A stretch of DNA of 64,000 nt from an uncultured Nitrososphaerota archaeon (GTDB lineage: Archaea; Thermoproteota; Nitrososphaeria; Nitrososphaerales; CADDZS01): NCBI GenBank assembly GCA_963799845.1, contig CAWCYI010000006.1:1088001-1152000 (forward strand), given 5' to 3'. Every line of letters starts with the position of its first letter. Within the stretch, counting starts at the first letter, position 1. Shown in pieces: positions 50,462 through 59,862 of the stretch. The notes under the pieces are model-generated. The model made no database searches, was not told the DNA's origin, and worked only from the letters and a program-made list of their open reading frames with translations. Made by a program: the position numbers and the translations under genes.

Positions 50462-53122
50462 TTATTCATGCAGCTTGAATTCGTAAAATCCTGAGCCGAT
50501 TTCGCATTCGATGTATCCATCAATGTTCTTGATCGATATTATTCCTTCTCTTTCGACTGTTCTTGAAATGCCATCCTCAAAAATAACTGTAGACCCTTCA
50601 TCAAGCTTGAACCGCTCAAGCCCGAGTTTTGGGAAACAAACAGTAGCCCAGCTGTTAGGAGGAACCTCAACGAATAATAGTAAGGATTCTCTTCCATTTT
50701 CTCTGTTCTTCCTCCACTCCGACCTCAATGTTCCCCGAGCAGTTTCGAGCGATGTAGAAGCAAATCTGAGATCGTTTGGAATTAGAGGTCTTATCAAAAA
50801 GTGTCCGTAATCTGTTGAAGATGGGTCGTGTTGGAAGCCACCCAGGGTATTGAAAAACCATCCATCGATTGCGCCAAACATTATGTGATTATGGGAGTTC
50901 ATCCCCACACCTCCCAAGTACTCCCACCTCTCCCACAGAGTAGTCGCACCTTCTCGTATCATGTAGCCGTAACTCGGATACGTCGTCTGTGTCGCAACCC
51001 TAAATGCGAGCTCGCCGAAACCGTACTTCGTAAGAACATGGAAGAAAAATCTAGTCCCTATGATTCCCGTATTAAGATGCCCATCATGGGTTATCTCGAT
51101 ATCCTGAATCAATCCTTCGATAACCTGCCCTAACTTGTCCTCTGGAACGATTGCGGCTTGTAAGGGTAGTAAATTACAGGTCTGGCTCAGACCATATCCC
51201 CAGAATTTCGAATACCGCTCGGCGTGGGCATAGTTGCGATCTTCCCTTTCAGCAAGAAATTTTCGATTGAACGAATTCTTGATTTCGTCTGACAACCGAG
51301 AATATTTTTCGGAATCTTCGAGGTTACCCAGTACCCGAGCGATTTCCGACAATCTCGAACAGTTTTGATGGAACCAAAAAGTCGATATCAACTCGCCGGG
51401 AGTTTCGATAGGTTTTACGTGGCTTGGGGAGCACCAATCCCAATACTTGCTCAAGTTGAGAGTGAGATCATTGGATTTTGAGATTTCGAATTCAACCCAC
51501 TTCTTCATTCCTTGATAGTGTTTCTCAAGAGCTCTTTTGTCTCCATAAAGTTCGTAAACGTTCCATGCAATCGCTATGTATGTCGCACCGCAGCTAGAAT
51601 CCGCAGGATATCTTTCCCCAAAAGATGGAACGACGTCCGGAATTGTACCGTCCTCATGTTGGGAGTCGAGTATGTCATCCAGGAGTTTCTCAAAAAATCC
51701 TAGCATCCAGAAATTCATCGTCGCCTCTTCTGCGGAAAGCATGGTGTCCTGAAGCCAGCCAAGTCGCTCGTTTCTCTGCGGGCTGTCGGTCGGGATCCCC
51801 ATGAGGTTGCTGAGCTGAGACCAGATCGTGTTCCGATGAATCGAATTCAATAGGTCATCAGAGCACGCAAAAGAGCCGGAACTTTCAACGTCAGAGTGCA
51901 CGAAACGGCCCTCAAGAGTTTCCAGTGTCGGAATGCCCGTGAACCCACTCAATTCGACGAATCGAAAACCATGGTACGTAAACCGGGGTTCGTATTCTTC
52001 GACTTTTCCGGCCCCTTTGAGGATGTAGACGTCAGTCGCCTTTGCTGCTCGGTTTGTCCCTCGGTTTAGAGTCCCGTCCGGATTCAGAAGCTCCGCAAAC
52101 TTCATTGTAACTTCGGTTCCTCTAGGGCCTTCAACCCTTAGCTTCGTCCAGCCGCTAAAGTTCTGACCAAGGTCAAAGAGATAGACTCCTGGAATTGGTT
52201 CCGAAATTCGGGAGGGTTTTAACGACTTGACAACTCTGATCGGGGGAAAGAAAGCGGAGGAAACGAGCCCACCGATTCCATTAACATCGGCAAGTTTGCA
52301 CTTATTCCACTTCTCCTGGAAATTGGGGCAGTCCCAGCCTTTCTTTTCCAATCTCGCGTCATACGTTTCTCCGTTGTAAAGATCACTGGAAACAATCGGG
52401 CCTTGGTCGGTTGTCTCCCAAACTTCGTTGGTGCCGACTGAATTTTTGACCCCTTTCTCATCTTCTATCACGAGCTGGACGATCGCGTTGTTCGAACCCT
52501 CTCGCCTCGCCCCGAGCATCAGGCCTACTGCGTTTCTTCCCGATCGAAGGACCGAAGTGATATCGAAAACTGCGTAGTAGACTCGCTTGCTTGCATCTGA
52601 AGGAGCCGGATCGAGGACCCGGTCACCTATTTTCTCTCCGTTGATCCTTAGTTCATAGTAACAAAGGCTTGAGACATATGCACGGGCTCTTGTCGGAGGA
52701 GCAGTGAGATCAAATTCAGTTCTCACAAGGTTATCGCCCTCGATCCATTTTGCTTTCCAGTCGTCCTCATACAGCAGGCCCATTTCCCACGAGGCGACCT
52801 GGCTGAAATCTGAAGGACTGTCATTTTCGTCCCAAACCCTAACCTTCCAATAACAGCAGTTTTCAGAATTCAGCTTTTTTCCGTCATACTCAACAGAAAT
52901 TGATTTGTCCGAGATCATCTTCCCCGTGTCCCAAAAATTACCTCGATCATTTATGAGCTCGTCAAGATTGTCAGAAACTATGACCTGGTATGCCGTTTGC
53001 CTTTTTCCTCGACCGCCAGCAGATTTCAATATCCAGCTTAATCTGGGTCTGCCTTCTTGCAGTCCGATCGGGTCGCTCACGTACTCACACCTTAAATTAG
53101 AAACCTCAACACCGCTTTGCAA
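50462..53122 (-). CDS. GH78 alpha-L-rhamnosidase family protein
   Basis: LRCEY, DLGQNFSGW, PRFTYHGFRFV, PTDSPQRNERLGW, GATTLWERW, NSHNHIMFG. Confidence 0.93.
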   Translation of the reverse strand: MQSGVEVSNLRCEYVSDPIGLQEGRPRLSWILKSAGGRGKRQTAYQVIVSDNLDELINDRGNFWDTGKMISDKSISVEYDGKKLNSENCCYWKVRVWDENDSPSDFSQVASWEMGLLYEDDWKAKWIEGDNLVRTEFDLTAPPTRARAYVSSLCYYELRINGEKIGDRVLDPAPSDASKRVYYAVFDITSVLRSGRNAVGLMLGARREGSNNAIVQLVIEDEKGVKNSVGTNEVWETTDQGPIVSSDLYNGETYDARLEKKGWDCPNFQEKWNKCKLADVNGIGGLVSSAFFPPIRVVKSLKPSRISEPIPGVYLFDLGQNFSGWTKLRVEGPRGTEVTMKFAELLNPDGTLNRGTNRAAKATDVYILKGAGKVEEYEPRFTYHGFRFVELSGFTGIPTLETLEGRFVHSDVESSGSFACSDDLLNSIHRNTIWSQLSNLMGIPTDSPQRNERLGWLQDTMLSAEEATMNFWMLGFFEKLLDDILDSQHEDGTIPDVVPSFGERYPADSSCGATYIAIAWNVYELYGDKRALEKHYQGMKKWVEFEISKSNDLTLNLSKYWDWCSPSHVKPIETPGELISTFWFHQNCSRLSEIARVLGNLEDSEKYSRLSDEIKNSFNRKFLAEREDRNYAHAERYSKFWGYGLSQTCNLLPLQAAIVPEDKLGQVIEGLIQDIEITHDGHLNTGIIGTRFFFHVLTKYGFGELAFRVATQTTYPSYGYMIREGATTLWERWEYLGGVGMNSHNHIMFGAIDGWFFNTLGGFQHDPSSTDYGHFLIRPLIPNDLRFASTSLETARGTLRSEWRKNRENGRESLLLFVEVPPNSWATVCFPKLGLERFKLDEGSTVIFEDGISRTVEREGIISIKNIDGYIECEIGSGFYEFKLHE

Positions 53123-53204
53123 TGCATTGAAAAACCAAGAATTCTTTTTTTATCAACATTATCTTGAATGAGAACTTTGGTCGATAGGTACTAGGGGCGA
53201 ATGT

Positions 53205-55970
53205 GTGATGGTTTCTACTACTAATACTCCCGAAGTCGTTTTTCCCAGATTGAAGATTCTGCTAGATGGGGAATGGAGATTTAGGGAAGATGCCGACAGT
53301 TCAGGTGAGTCTCTCGGATGGTTTGGAAAGTCTCCTTGGACGGAAGAAACCAGAAAGTGTTTGATTTCCTCTCCATTTCAATCGCAGTTTGCCGATCTTC
53401 GAGAGTTCTGTGGATTTGTCTGGTACCAAAAAGAGGTTCACGTGCCAGATGAATTTATTGGGTCATCTGCGATCCTTAGATTCGGGGCGATCAACTACGA
53501 CCCAACGATTTGGATAAACGGAGTTCCCATTCCCGGAGATTTTGGCGGAGGATATCGTCCTGTCGTCGCCGATCTCGGCGACGTATTAGAATCTGGAAAA
53601 ACTAACACTTTCACTGTTAGAACCTACTTTCCTCATCCAAGAATTTTGCCGTGCTACCCTCATGGAAAACAAAAGTGGTACGGACATGCCGGAGGGATCT
53701 GGCAGGGCGGGTATTTGGAATTGCTGTCTAACGTACACATCGATGATTGCTTCGTCCGCTCAAATTCTTCTTTAAGGTCTGTCACATTATCAGTCAAACT
53801 AAGTGGCAATATTTCTAGTGACTATTCACTTAATACTCGAGTTTTTTCTTTGAAGAAGGTTTCCGATCCAGGAAGTAAAAGTGAACAGGTTGCCGAACGA
53901 GATGTTGATCTTGCCCGTTCTCCTCAGAAAGGAAAAATCGAATTCACCATCCCGATAAACGGTGCAAAGCTTTGGAGCCCCGCGAACGCGCATCTTTACG
54001 AGGCACGAGTGCGTCTCTTCCGTGGGTCAAAACCGATCGATGAAATCTCTGTCGAATTCGGAATCAGGAAAATCCAAGCCGTCGACAGCAAATTGTTTTT
54101 GAACAACGAACCGTTGCTGATTAAAGGTGCCCTGAACCAAGGATTCTATCCGGGAACATTGTACACGCCGCCAAGCGAGGCGTTCATTCGCCGCGAGCTC
54201 GAGCTAGCGAAACAAATGGGTCTCAATCTTCTGAGGCTCCATGTGAAAATCGAAGACGACAGGTACCTCAAATGGGCTGACAGGTTGGGAATTCTTATCT
54301 GGGAAGACCTCCCCAACGTCGAAATCTTGAACGACGATGCAAGAAACCGACTCGAACAGATATTCAAGGGCAATCTAATGCGGGATCGGAATCATCCGTC
54401 CGTCATCGTTTGGTGCATCGCAAATGAAGCCTGGGGTCCGGATCCCTCCAACCCGGATCATGCCAGATGGCTAAACAAGATGTATGCGATGGGAAAGTCC
54501 CTCTCCCCTGACACACTGGTCATCGATAATTCGCCGTGCTATCCGAATTACCATACTTCAAAGACCGACATTGCCGACTTTCACTTCTACACCGCTATCC
54601 CTGCCGGGTACAAGCGGTGGATTGAGTTTCTAGATTCATTATCTTCTCCTAAGAGAAGAAAGAAGCTGCTTTTTGGCCCCAACACACCCAATGAAGATAA
54701 GCCAATTGTTATTTCGGAGTTTGGCGCGTGGGGATTGCCAACTATTTCTCAGCGAGGAGAAGTTCCATGGTGGTTTTCTCAGGGATGGGAATCCGGGGTG
54801 CCAGCAGGATTCGAGAGAAGATTCGAGAATTCGGGACTCTCATCGGTGTGGAAAAATCTAGAGAACATGGAGGTAGCGACCCAGAGGCACGAATACAAAT
54901 CCCTCAAATTCATGATCGAATCTATGCGGAAAATGCCGGAGCTTTGCGGATACGTAATTACTCAGTTTTACGATCTGCATTGGGAAGCCAACGGTTTGCT
55001 TGATTTTCAGAGAGCAAGAAAGGAAGGCTTTGGAGATATACAGAAACTGAACGCCGACGCGATGTTGATTGTAGACCGGACAAGCACCAAAACCAACGTT
55101 TGGTCCGGCCAGACACTTTCGGTCCCGGTGCTTTTTTCAAATATGCGTTCCGGGGAAATGGCCAACTGCACTCTAGATTGGCGCTTCGGGAAAGAGAGTG
55201 GGGAGGAGAGAATAAAATTGATAAAGTCTTGTGGCCTATCCACCATTTCCAAAATTAGGCTCAAAGCGCCTCGAGTTACAAGACCTACAATGTTTGCTCT
55301 TGATCTAAATTTGAGAACCGAAGATCAAATCGTTTCAGAATCGATTGATTTTCTAGTCTCGCCGAAATTGAAAGCAAGATCGTCACCATCTTCACTCTAT
55401 TTTCACGAGCCAGCAGGGCATTTAGATCGTTTTGGCACCTTGAACCTGCTCAAAAAGAAGATTCAATCTAGTTCTTCTCAAATGAATATCGCATCGGATC
55501 CCAAACACATCATGATATCTTCAACTTGCGATGAAACGGTGAACCATCATCTCTCGATCGGTGGAAGGGCTCTGATCCTTCCTGATGAGAGTGGAGTTTT
55601 GAAAGTTGGAGAAAGGAGTTATACTGTGGAACCGCGAGAGGACGATGGAGTTCAGGGTTACAATGTCATAATGAGAAATGAAATGTTCTCGCAACTGCCA
55701 ATCGAGAACCCCATGAGTTGGTCGTACTCTGAAGTTTCCCCCAAGTACATAATTAGAAACATTCTTCCGGAGGATAGCGAGAAAATACATGCAGCTTACT
55801 TTCAGGGGTGGGTGCATAATTTCGGCGCAACAATCCTGAAAGCGAGGACGGACCAAGGCGGTCTTGCGCTCGTCTCTACTCTAAATTTCGGGGGCTATGG
55901 CAAAGATCCCGTGGCGACATTACTTTTTGAAAACCTCTTAGCCTCCCTCGAAGGGCCCCAATCCAACTAG
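53205..55970 (+). CDS. GH2 family glycoside hydrolase
   Basis: LDGEWRF, GGIWQ, FGIR, NLLRLH, NHPSVIVWCIANE (acid/base), ISEFG (nucleophile). Confidence 0.9.
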   Translation: MMVSTTNTPEVVFPRLKILLDGEWRFREDADSSGESLGWFGKSPWTEETRKCLISSPFQSQFADLREFCGFVWYQKEVHVPDEFIGSSAILRFGAINYDPTIWINGVPIPGDFGGGYRPVVADLGDVLESGKTNTFTVRTYFPHPRILPCYPHGKQKWYGHAGGIWQGGYLELLSNVHIDDCFVRSNSSLRSVTLSVKLSGNISSDYSLNTRVFSLKKVSDPGSKSEQVAERDVDLARSPQKGKIEFTIPINGAKLWSPANAHLYEARVRLFRGSKPIDEISVEFGIRKIQAVDSKLFLNNEPLLIKGALNQGFYPGTLYTPPSEAFIRRELELAKQMGLNLLRLHVKIEDDRYLKWADRLGILIWEDLPNVEILNDDARNRLEQIFKGNLMRDRNHPSVIVWCIANEAWGPDPSNPDHARWLNKMYAMGKSLSPDTLVIDNSPCYPNYHTSKTDIADFHFYTAIPAGYKRWIEFLDSLSSPKRRKKLLFGPNTPNEDKPIVISEFGAWGLPTISQRGEVPWWFSQGWESGVPAGFERRFENSGLSSVWKNLENMEVATQRHEYKSLKFMIESMRKMPELCGYVITQFYDLHWEANGLLDFQRARKEGFGDIQKLNADAMLIVDRTSTKTNVWSGQTLSVPVLFSNMRSGEMANCTLDWRFGKESGEERIKLIKSCGLSTISKIRLKAPRVTRPTMFALDLNLRTEDQIVSESIDFLVSPKLKARSSPSSLYFHEPAGHLDRFGTLNLLKKKIQSSSSQMNIASDPKHIMISSTCDETVNHHLSIGGRALILPDESGVLKVGERSYTVEPREDDGVQGYNVIMRNEMFSQLPIENPMSWSYSEVSPKYIIRNILPEDSEKIHAAYFQGWVHNFGATILKARTDQGGLALVSTLNFGGYGKDPVATLLFENLLASLEGPQSN

Positions 55971-56085
55971 GATGGGATCCGCGCACACGATCCCGAAAAT
56001 ATGCGAGGGTTCAGGAATTTCGTCGGCTAGCATCTTGTCATCATTAATATTTAATTCGCCACTCGAGATTGAATTGTGAGAACAT

Positions 56086-57432
56086 TTGAAAATAACCATA
56101 ATTGGCGCGGGAAGCGCCGTCTTCTGGATGTCGATGATTCGCGACCTTTGTCTGATGGAAAGTGCGCCAGGATCGACCATTTCTCTAGTTGACATCAACA
56201 AGGGAAGGCTGGATGCCGTCCACGATCTGGGGACGAGGTACGCGAAGGAAGTCGGAGTAGACGTTACCTTCGAAAAGGGTGATGATCGGAGGAGCGCTTT
56301 ACGTGGTACGGATTTTGTTCTTAATACTGCTCTCGTCGGAGGTCACGATTATACTGAGAAGGTGCGAAAGATCGGAGAAAAGCATGGTTACTACAGAGGG
56401 ATCGATCACAGGCACGTCCGGTTCATCGGCGGATTCGACCAAATGAAACTCGCCCTCGAGATTGCAAAAGACATGGAGGAGATCTGTCCGGACGCATGGC
56501 TCCTGCAGATCGCCAACCCAGTTTTCGAGATCACCACGCTTCTTCACCGCGAGAGGAAGATCAAGGTCGCAGGGTTTTGCGATGGTTTCAGGAGCGGCTA
56601 CCTGCAACTTCTACTAGCTCTAGGTCTGAGTCCAGCCGAAGTTGACTTCCAAGTCGCAGGATTCAACCACTGCATCTGGCTGACCAAATTCTTCTACTCT
56701 GAGACCGGCAAGAATGCCTATCCTGTCATCGACGATTTTGCGCGAAACAGAGCCGAGGATTTCTGGAAAGAGCATAAGCTCGGTTTGTGGGAAGAGACAC
56801 TCAGTCCTGCTTCGGTTGACGCTTACAAGCACTTTGGCCTCTACCCGGTCGGAGACTCTGGTCGCGAGTTCCTCTGGAAGTATTATTATGACCTAGACAC
56901 TTTGAAGAAGTGGTTTGGACCAATCGGCGGGACCGATTCCGAGATCGGAAATCCACTTCGTCTCGAAGATTTCCAGAAAAACGTGGACAAGCTTTTCCGA
57001 CTGAGCAACGACCCGAAAGCTTCGCTGAAAGCTGAGATTCCTCCTGAGAAAGGCCTCGACCAGTTCTCCGACTTTATCGATGCAATCCATCTTGGGCGAG
57101 AAAAGCGACTGGTAATCAACGTTCTGAACAAGGGCGCAATCTCTCAGGTTCCGGATGACGTGGCTGTCGAGGTGCCTGTAGTGATGAAGGATGGAAGGCT
57201 TTACCCAGAAAAGATACCGCCCTTCCCCAACAGACTCCTGAATTTTGTTCTCATCCCCAGGATGCTCCGAATGGAGTGGGGTCTGGAAGCTTTCCTCTCA
57301 GGGGAAAGAGAGATGCTAGTAGAGATTTTGATCAGAGATCCGAGGACGAAATCGGAAAAACAGGCAAGAGATGCACTTGACGAGATTCTAGCCCTACCGG
57401 AGCACAGTGGTCTTGCATCGTACTACAAATAG
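56086..57432 (+). CDS. Glycoside hydrolase family 4
   Basis: IGAGSAVF, ANP, GFCDG, GFNH, VGDSGR. Confidence 0.92.
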   Translation: MKITIIGAGSAVFWMSMIRDLCLMESAPGSTISLVDINKGRLDAVHDLGTRYAKEVGVDVTFEKGDDRRSALRGTDFVLNTALVGGHDYTEKVRKIGEKHGYYRGIDHRHVRFIGGFDQMKLALEIAKDMEEICPDAWLLQIANPVFEITTLLHRERKIKVAGFCDGFRSGYLQLLLALGLSPAEVDFQVAGFNHCIWLTKFFYSETGKNAYPVIDDFARNRAEDFWKEHKLGLWEETLSPASVDAYKHFGLYPVGDSGREFLWKYYYDLDTLKKWFGPIGGTDSEIGNPLRLEDFQKNVDKLFRLSNDPKASLKAEIPPEKGLDQFSDFIDAIHLGREKRLVINVLNKGAISQVPDDVAVEVPVVMKDGRLYPEKIPPFPNRLLNFVLIPRMLRMEWGLEAFLSGEREMLVEILIRDPRTKSEKQARDALDEILALPEHSGLASYYK

Positions 57433-57477
57433 GCTCGATGCCCTAATTCAAAACATTGGACAAGAGACCGATAAAAA

Positions 57478-58377
57478 ATGGATAAGCCCTCCGGGATAAT
57501 ACCTGCCCTCAGTACTCTTACCGACACCAAGGGGATGTTTGACGAAGATAGCGAGCGCTCTCTGGTCAGAACGAGCATAGAGTGGGGAGTCAGCGGTGTT
57601 GCTGTATCGATCATCGCAGGAGAATTTTACAAATTTACCGATAATGAAAGGAAACGGACGTTTGAGGTCGCTGTCGATGAGGCAAACGGGAAGGTTCCCG
57701 TCTGGGCCGGCATCAGCCACCTCGGAACGGCCTCCTCAATTGAACTTGCGAAATATGCGAAGGATGCCGGAGCGGACGGAATCATCGCCCAGCCCGCATT
57801 GGTAGGAAAGGAAGCTGCACTCGCGCTTCACGAGCATTTCAGCACCATTTTTTCCAAGGTTGATCTCCCGGTAATGATTCAGGACGCCGAGGATTTCAAC
57901 GGAATCAAGATGGAACCGGGCCTCTACGCCAGACTCGCAAACGAATTTCCACAGTTCCTCTGCGTGAAGATAGAGGGCGGAAAGACCCTGGATAAGATCA
58001 GGGATACGAAAATCACGATTGGAAACAGGCTGTCTATCCTCGGTGGGATGGGAGGGCGGTTGCTCCTGGAGGAGCTTGCGCTCGGAGCCGTCGGGAGCAT
58101 TCCGAACCCGTGCATGGCCGACATCATTGTCCAATCGTACAACGATTTTAGGGCAGGAGATCTTGAAAAAGCCCAGAGAACCTTTTCAAAATACAAACCG
58201 TGGCTGGAGTTTCAGTCACAGCACTCCCAATCAGCTTTCGAAATCGTGAAGGAGACCCTTCGTTTGCGTGGTGTGGTGAAATCGTCGTTCACCAGGAGTC
58301 CACACGTTCCTCTGGCCGATGAAACGAAACTCGAGCTGAAAAAACTGATCGAAAATATGGGACTGCTGAAAATCTGA
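57478..58377 (+). CDS. DHDPS/NAL family lyase (2-keto-3-deoxy-sugar-acid dehydratase-like)
   Basis: GEFYKFTDNER, GRVPV-like GKVPVWAG, MIQDA, Schiff-base lysine VKIE. Confidence 0.85.
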   Translation: MDKPSGIIPALSTLTDTKGMFDEDSERSLVRTSIEWGVSGVAVSIIAGEFYKFTDNERKRTFEVAVDEANGKVPVWAGISHLGTASSIELAKYAKDAGADGIIAQPALVGKEAALALHEHFSTIFSKVDLPVMIQDAEDFNGIKMEPGLYARLANEFPQFLCVKIEGGKTLDKIRDTKITIGNRLSILGGMGGRLLLEELALGAVGSIPNPCMADIIVQSYNDFRAGDLEKAQRTFSKYKPWLEFQSQHSQSAFEIVKETLRLRGVVKSSFTRSPHVPLADETKLELKKLIENMGLLKI

Positions 58378-58378
58378 C

Positions 58379-59722
58379 TTATTTGTAGTATGCGGCCATT
58401 TCCCTGTTCTCCGGCTGCGATAAAATATCGTCCAGAGCTTCCCTTGCCTGTTTCTCTGAGTGCGTCCTTGGATCACGGATTAGAATCTCGGCCAGCATCT
58501 CTCTTTCTCCCGAAAGATAAGCTTCCAGCCCCCACTCCATGCGCAAAAGTCTTGGAATTATCATAAAATTCAGCAGGCGGCTCGGGAACGGATCGACGTG
58601 CTCTGGGTAAAGCTTCCTATTCTTGATATTGACTGGGACTTCAACGGCCGCATCGGAAGGAAGCTGTGGCAGCGCACCGTTGTTTGGTATGTTGAGGACC
58701 AGCCTCTTTTCCTCTCCGAGGTGGATTGCGTCGATAAAGTCGGAGAACTCGTCCAGCCCCTTTTGAGGTGGCAGGAAGGCTTTGACCGAAGCGTTAGGAT
58801 CGTTACTCAGTTTGAATAACTCATCTACGTTCGCCTGAAACCTCTTGAGGCGCATGGGGTTCCCGATTGAAGAATCAGTCCCGCCGATCGAGCCGAACCA
58901 TCGCTTCAAAGTATCGAGGTCGTAGTAGTACTTCCAGATGAATTCCCTTCCGGTATCACCGATTGGATAGAGGCCGAAGTGCTTGTAAACGTCCACAGCC
59001 GCGGGGCTGATCGTCTCCTGCCAAAGACCAATCTCGTTATTTTTCCAGAACTCTCCTGCCTCATTCTTTATCCAGTTGTCGATCATCGGGTAAAGATTGC
59101 TGCCGTCCTCTTTGTTCTGGAACTTTGTCAGGTAGATGCAATGATTTAGTCCAGCGACCTGAAAGTATACGTCAGCGGGACTCAAGCCGAGTGCCATCAT
59201 CAGGCGGTAAATCCCGACGAAGCCATCGCAGAAACCAGCGACCTTGACTTTGCGCTGTCTGTGAATCAATGTCGTGATGTCAAATACCGGGTTCGAGATC
59301 TGCATCATCCAAGCGTCCGGGCAGATGTCCTCTACATCTCTTGCGATTTCAAGGGCGAGCTTGAACTGGGAGTAGCTTACGATGAACCTTACCTGGCGGT
59401 GGTCGATCCCCATGTAGTAGCCATGCTTCTCGCCGATAGCTTTCATCTTCTCCGCGTACTCATGTCCTCCGACCCATGCGGTGTTCAGGACAAAGTCTGC
59501 GTTTTTTAAGGCCTGGCGTCTGTTCTCGGCTTTTTCAAATCTAATGTCAACTCCAACCTCTTTCACGTACCTCCTCGCAAGATCGTAAACGGCGTCCAAT
59601 CGCTCATTGTTTACGTCAACCAGTGATATTGTGCAGCCGGGCGCGCTTTTCATTACCGTGAAGTCTCTAAGCGTCGAGACCCAAAAAGCAGCACTTCCCG
59701 CTCCTACGATCGCTATTTTCAT
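58379..59722 (-). CDS. Glycoside hydrolase family 4
   Basis: VGAGSAAF, SNP, GFCDG, GLNH, IGDTGR; start set at ATG 59722. Confidence 0.92.
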   Translation of the reverse strand: MKIAIVGAGSAAFWVSTLRDFTVMKSAPGCTISLVDVNNERLDAVYDLARRYVKEVGVDIRFEKAENRRQALKNADFVLNTAWVGGHEYAEKMKAIGEKHGYYMGIDHRQVRFIVSYSQFKLALEIARDVEDICPDAWMMQISNPVFDITTLIHRQRKVKVAGFCDGFVGIYRLMMALGLSPADVYFQVAGLNHCIYLTKFQNKEDGSNLYPMIDNWIKNEAGEFWKNNEIGLWQETISPAAVDVYKHFGLYPIGDTGREFIWKYYYDLDTLKRWFGSIGGTDSSIGNPMRLKRFQANVDELFKLSNDPNASVKAFLPPQKGLDEFSDFIDAIHLGEEKRLVLNIPNNGALPQLPSDAAVEVPVNIKNRKLYPEHVDPFPSRLLNFMIIPRLLRMEWGLEAYLSGEREMLAEILIRDPRTHSEKQAREALDDILSQPENREMAAYYK

Positions 59723-59862
59723 GATAATCCCATAATTGCAAAACACGATTTGAAATTATTTTCGCAGACAGACAAAATCTAGATGGAAGGTAGTTACTAG
59801 AACGGAACGTCGGCAAGAAGAATAAGAAGCGTGCCGGAAATTTTTCAAGGAAAAGGGTCCGG

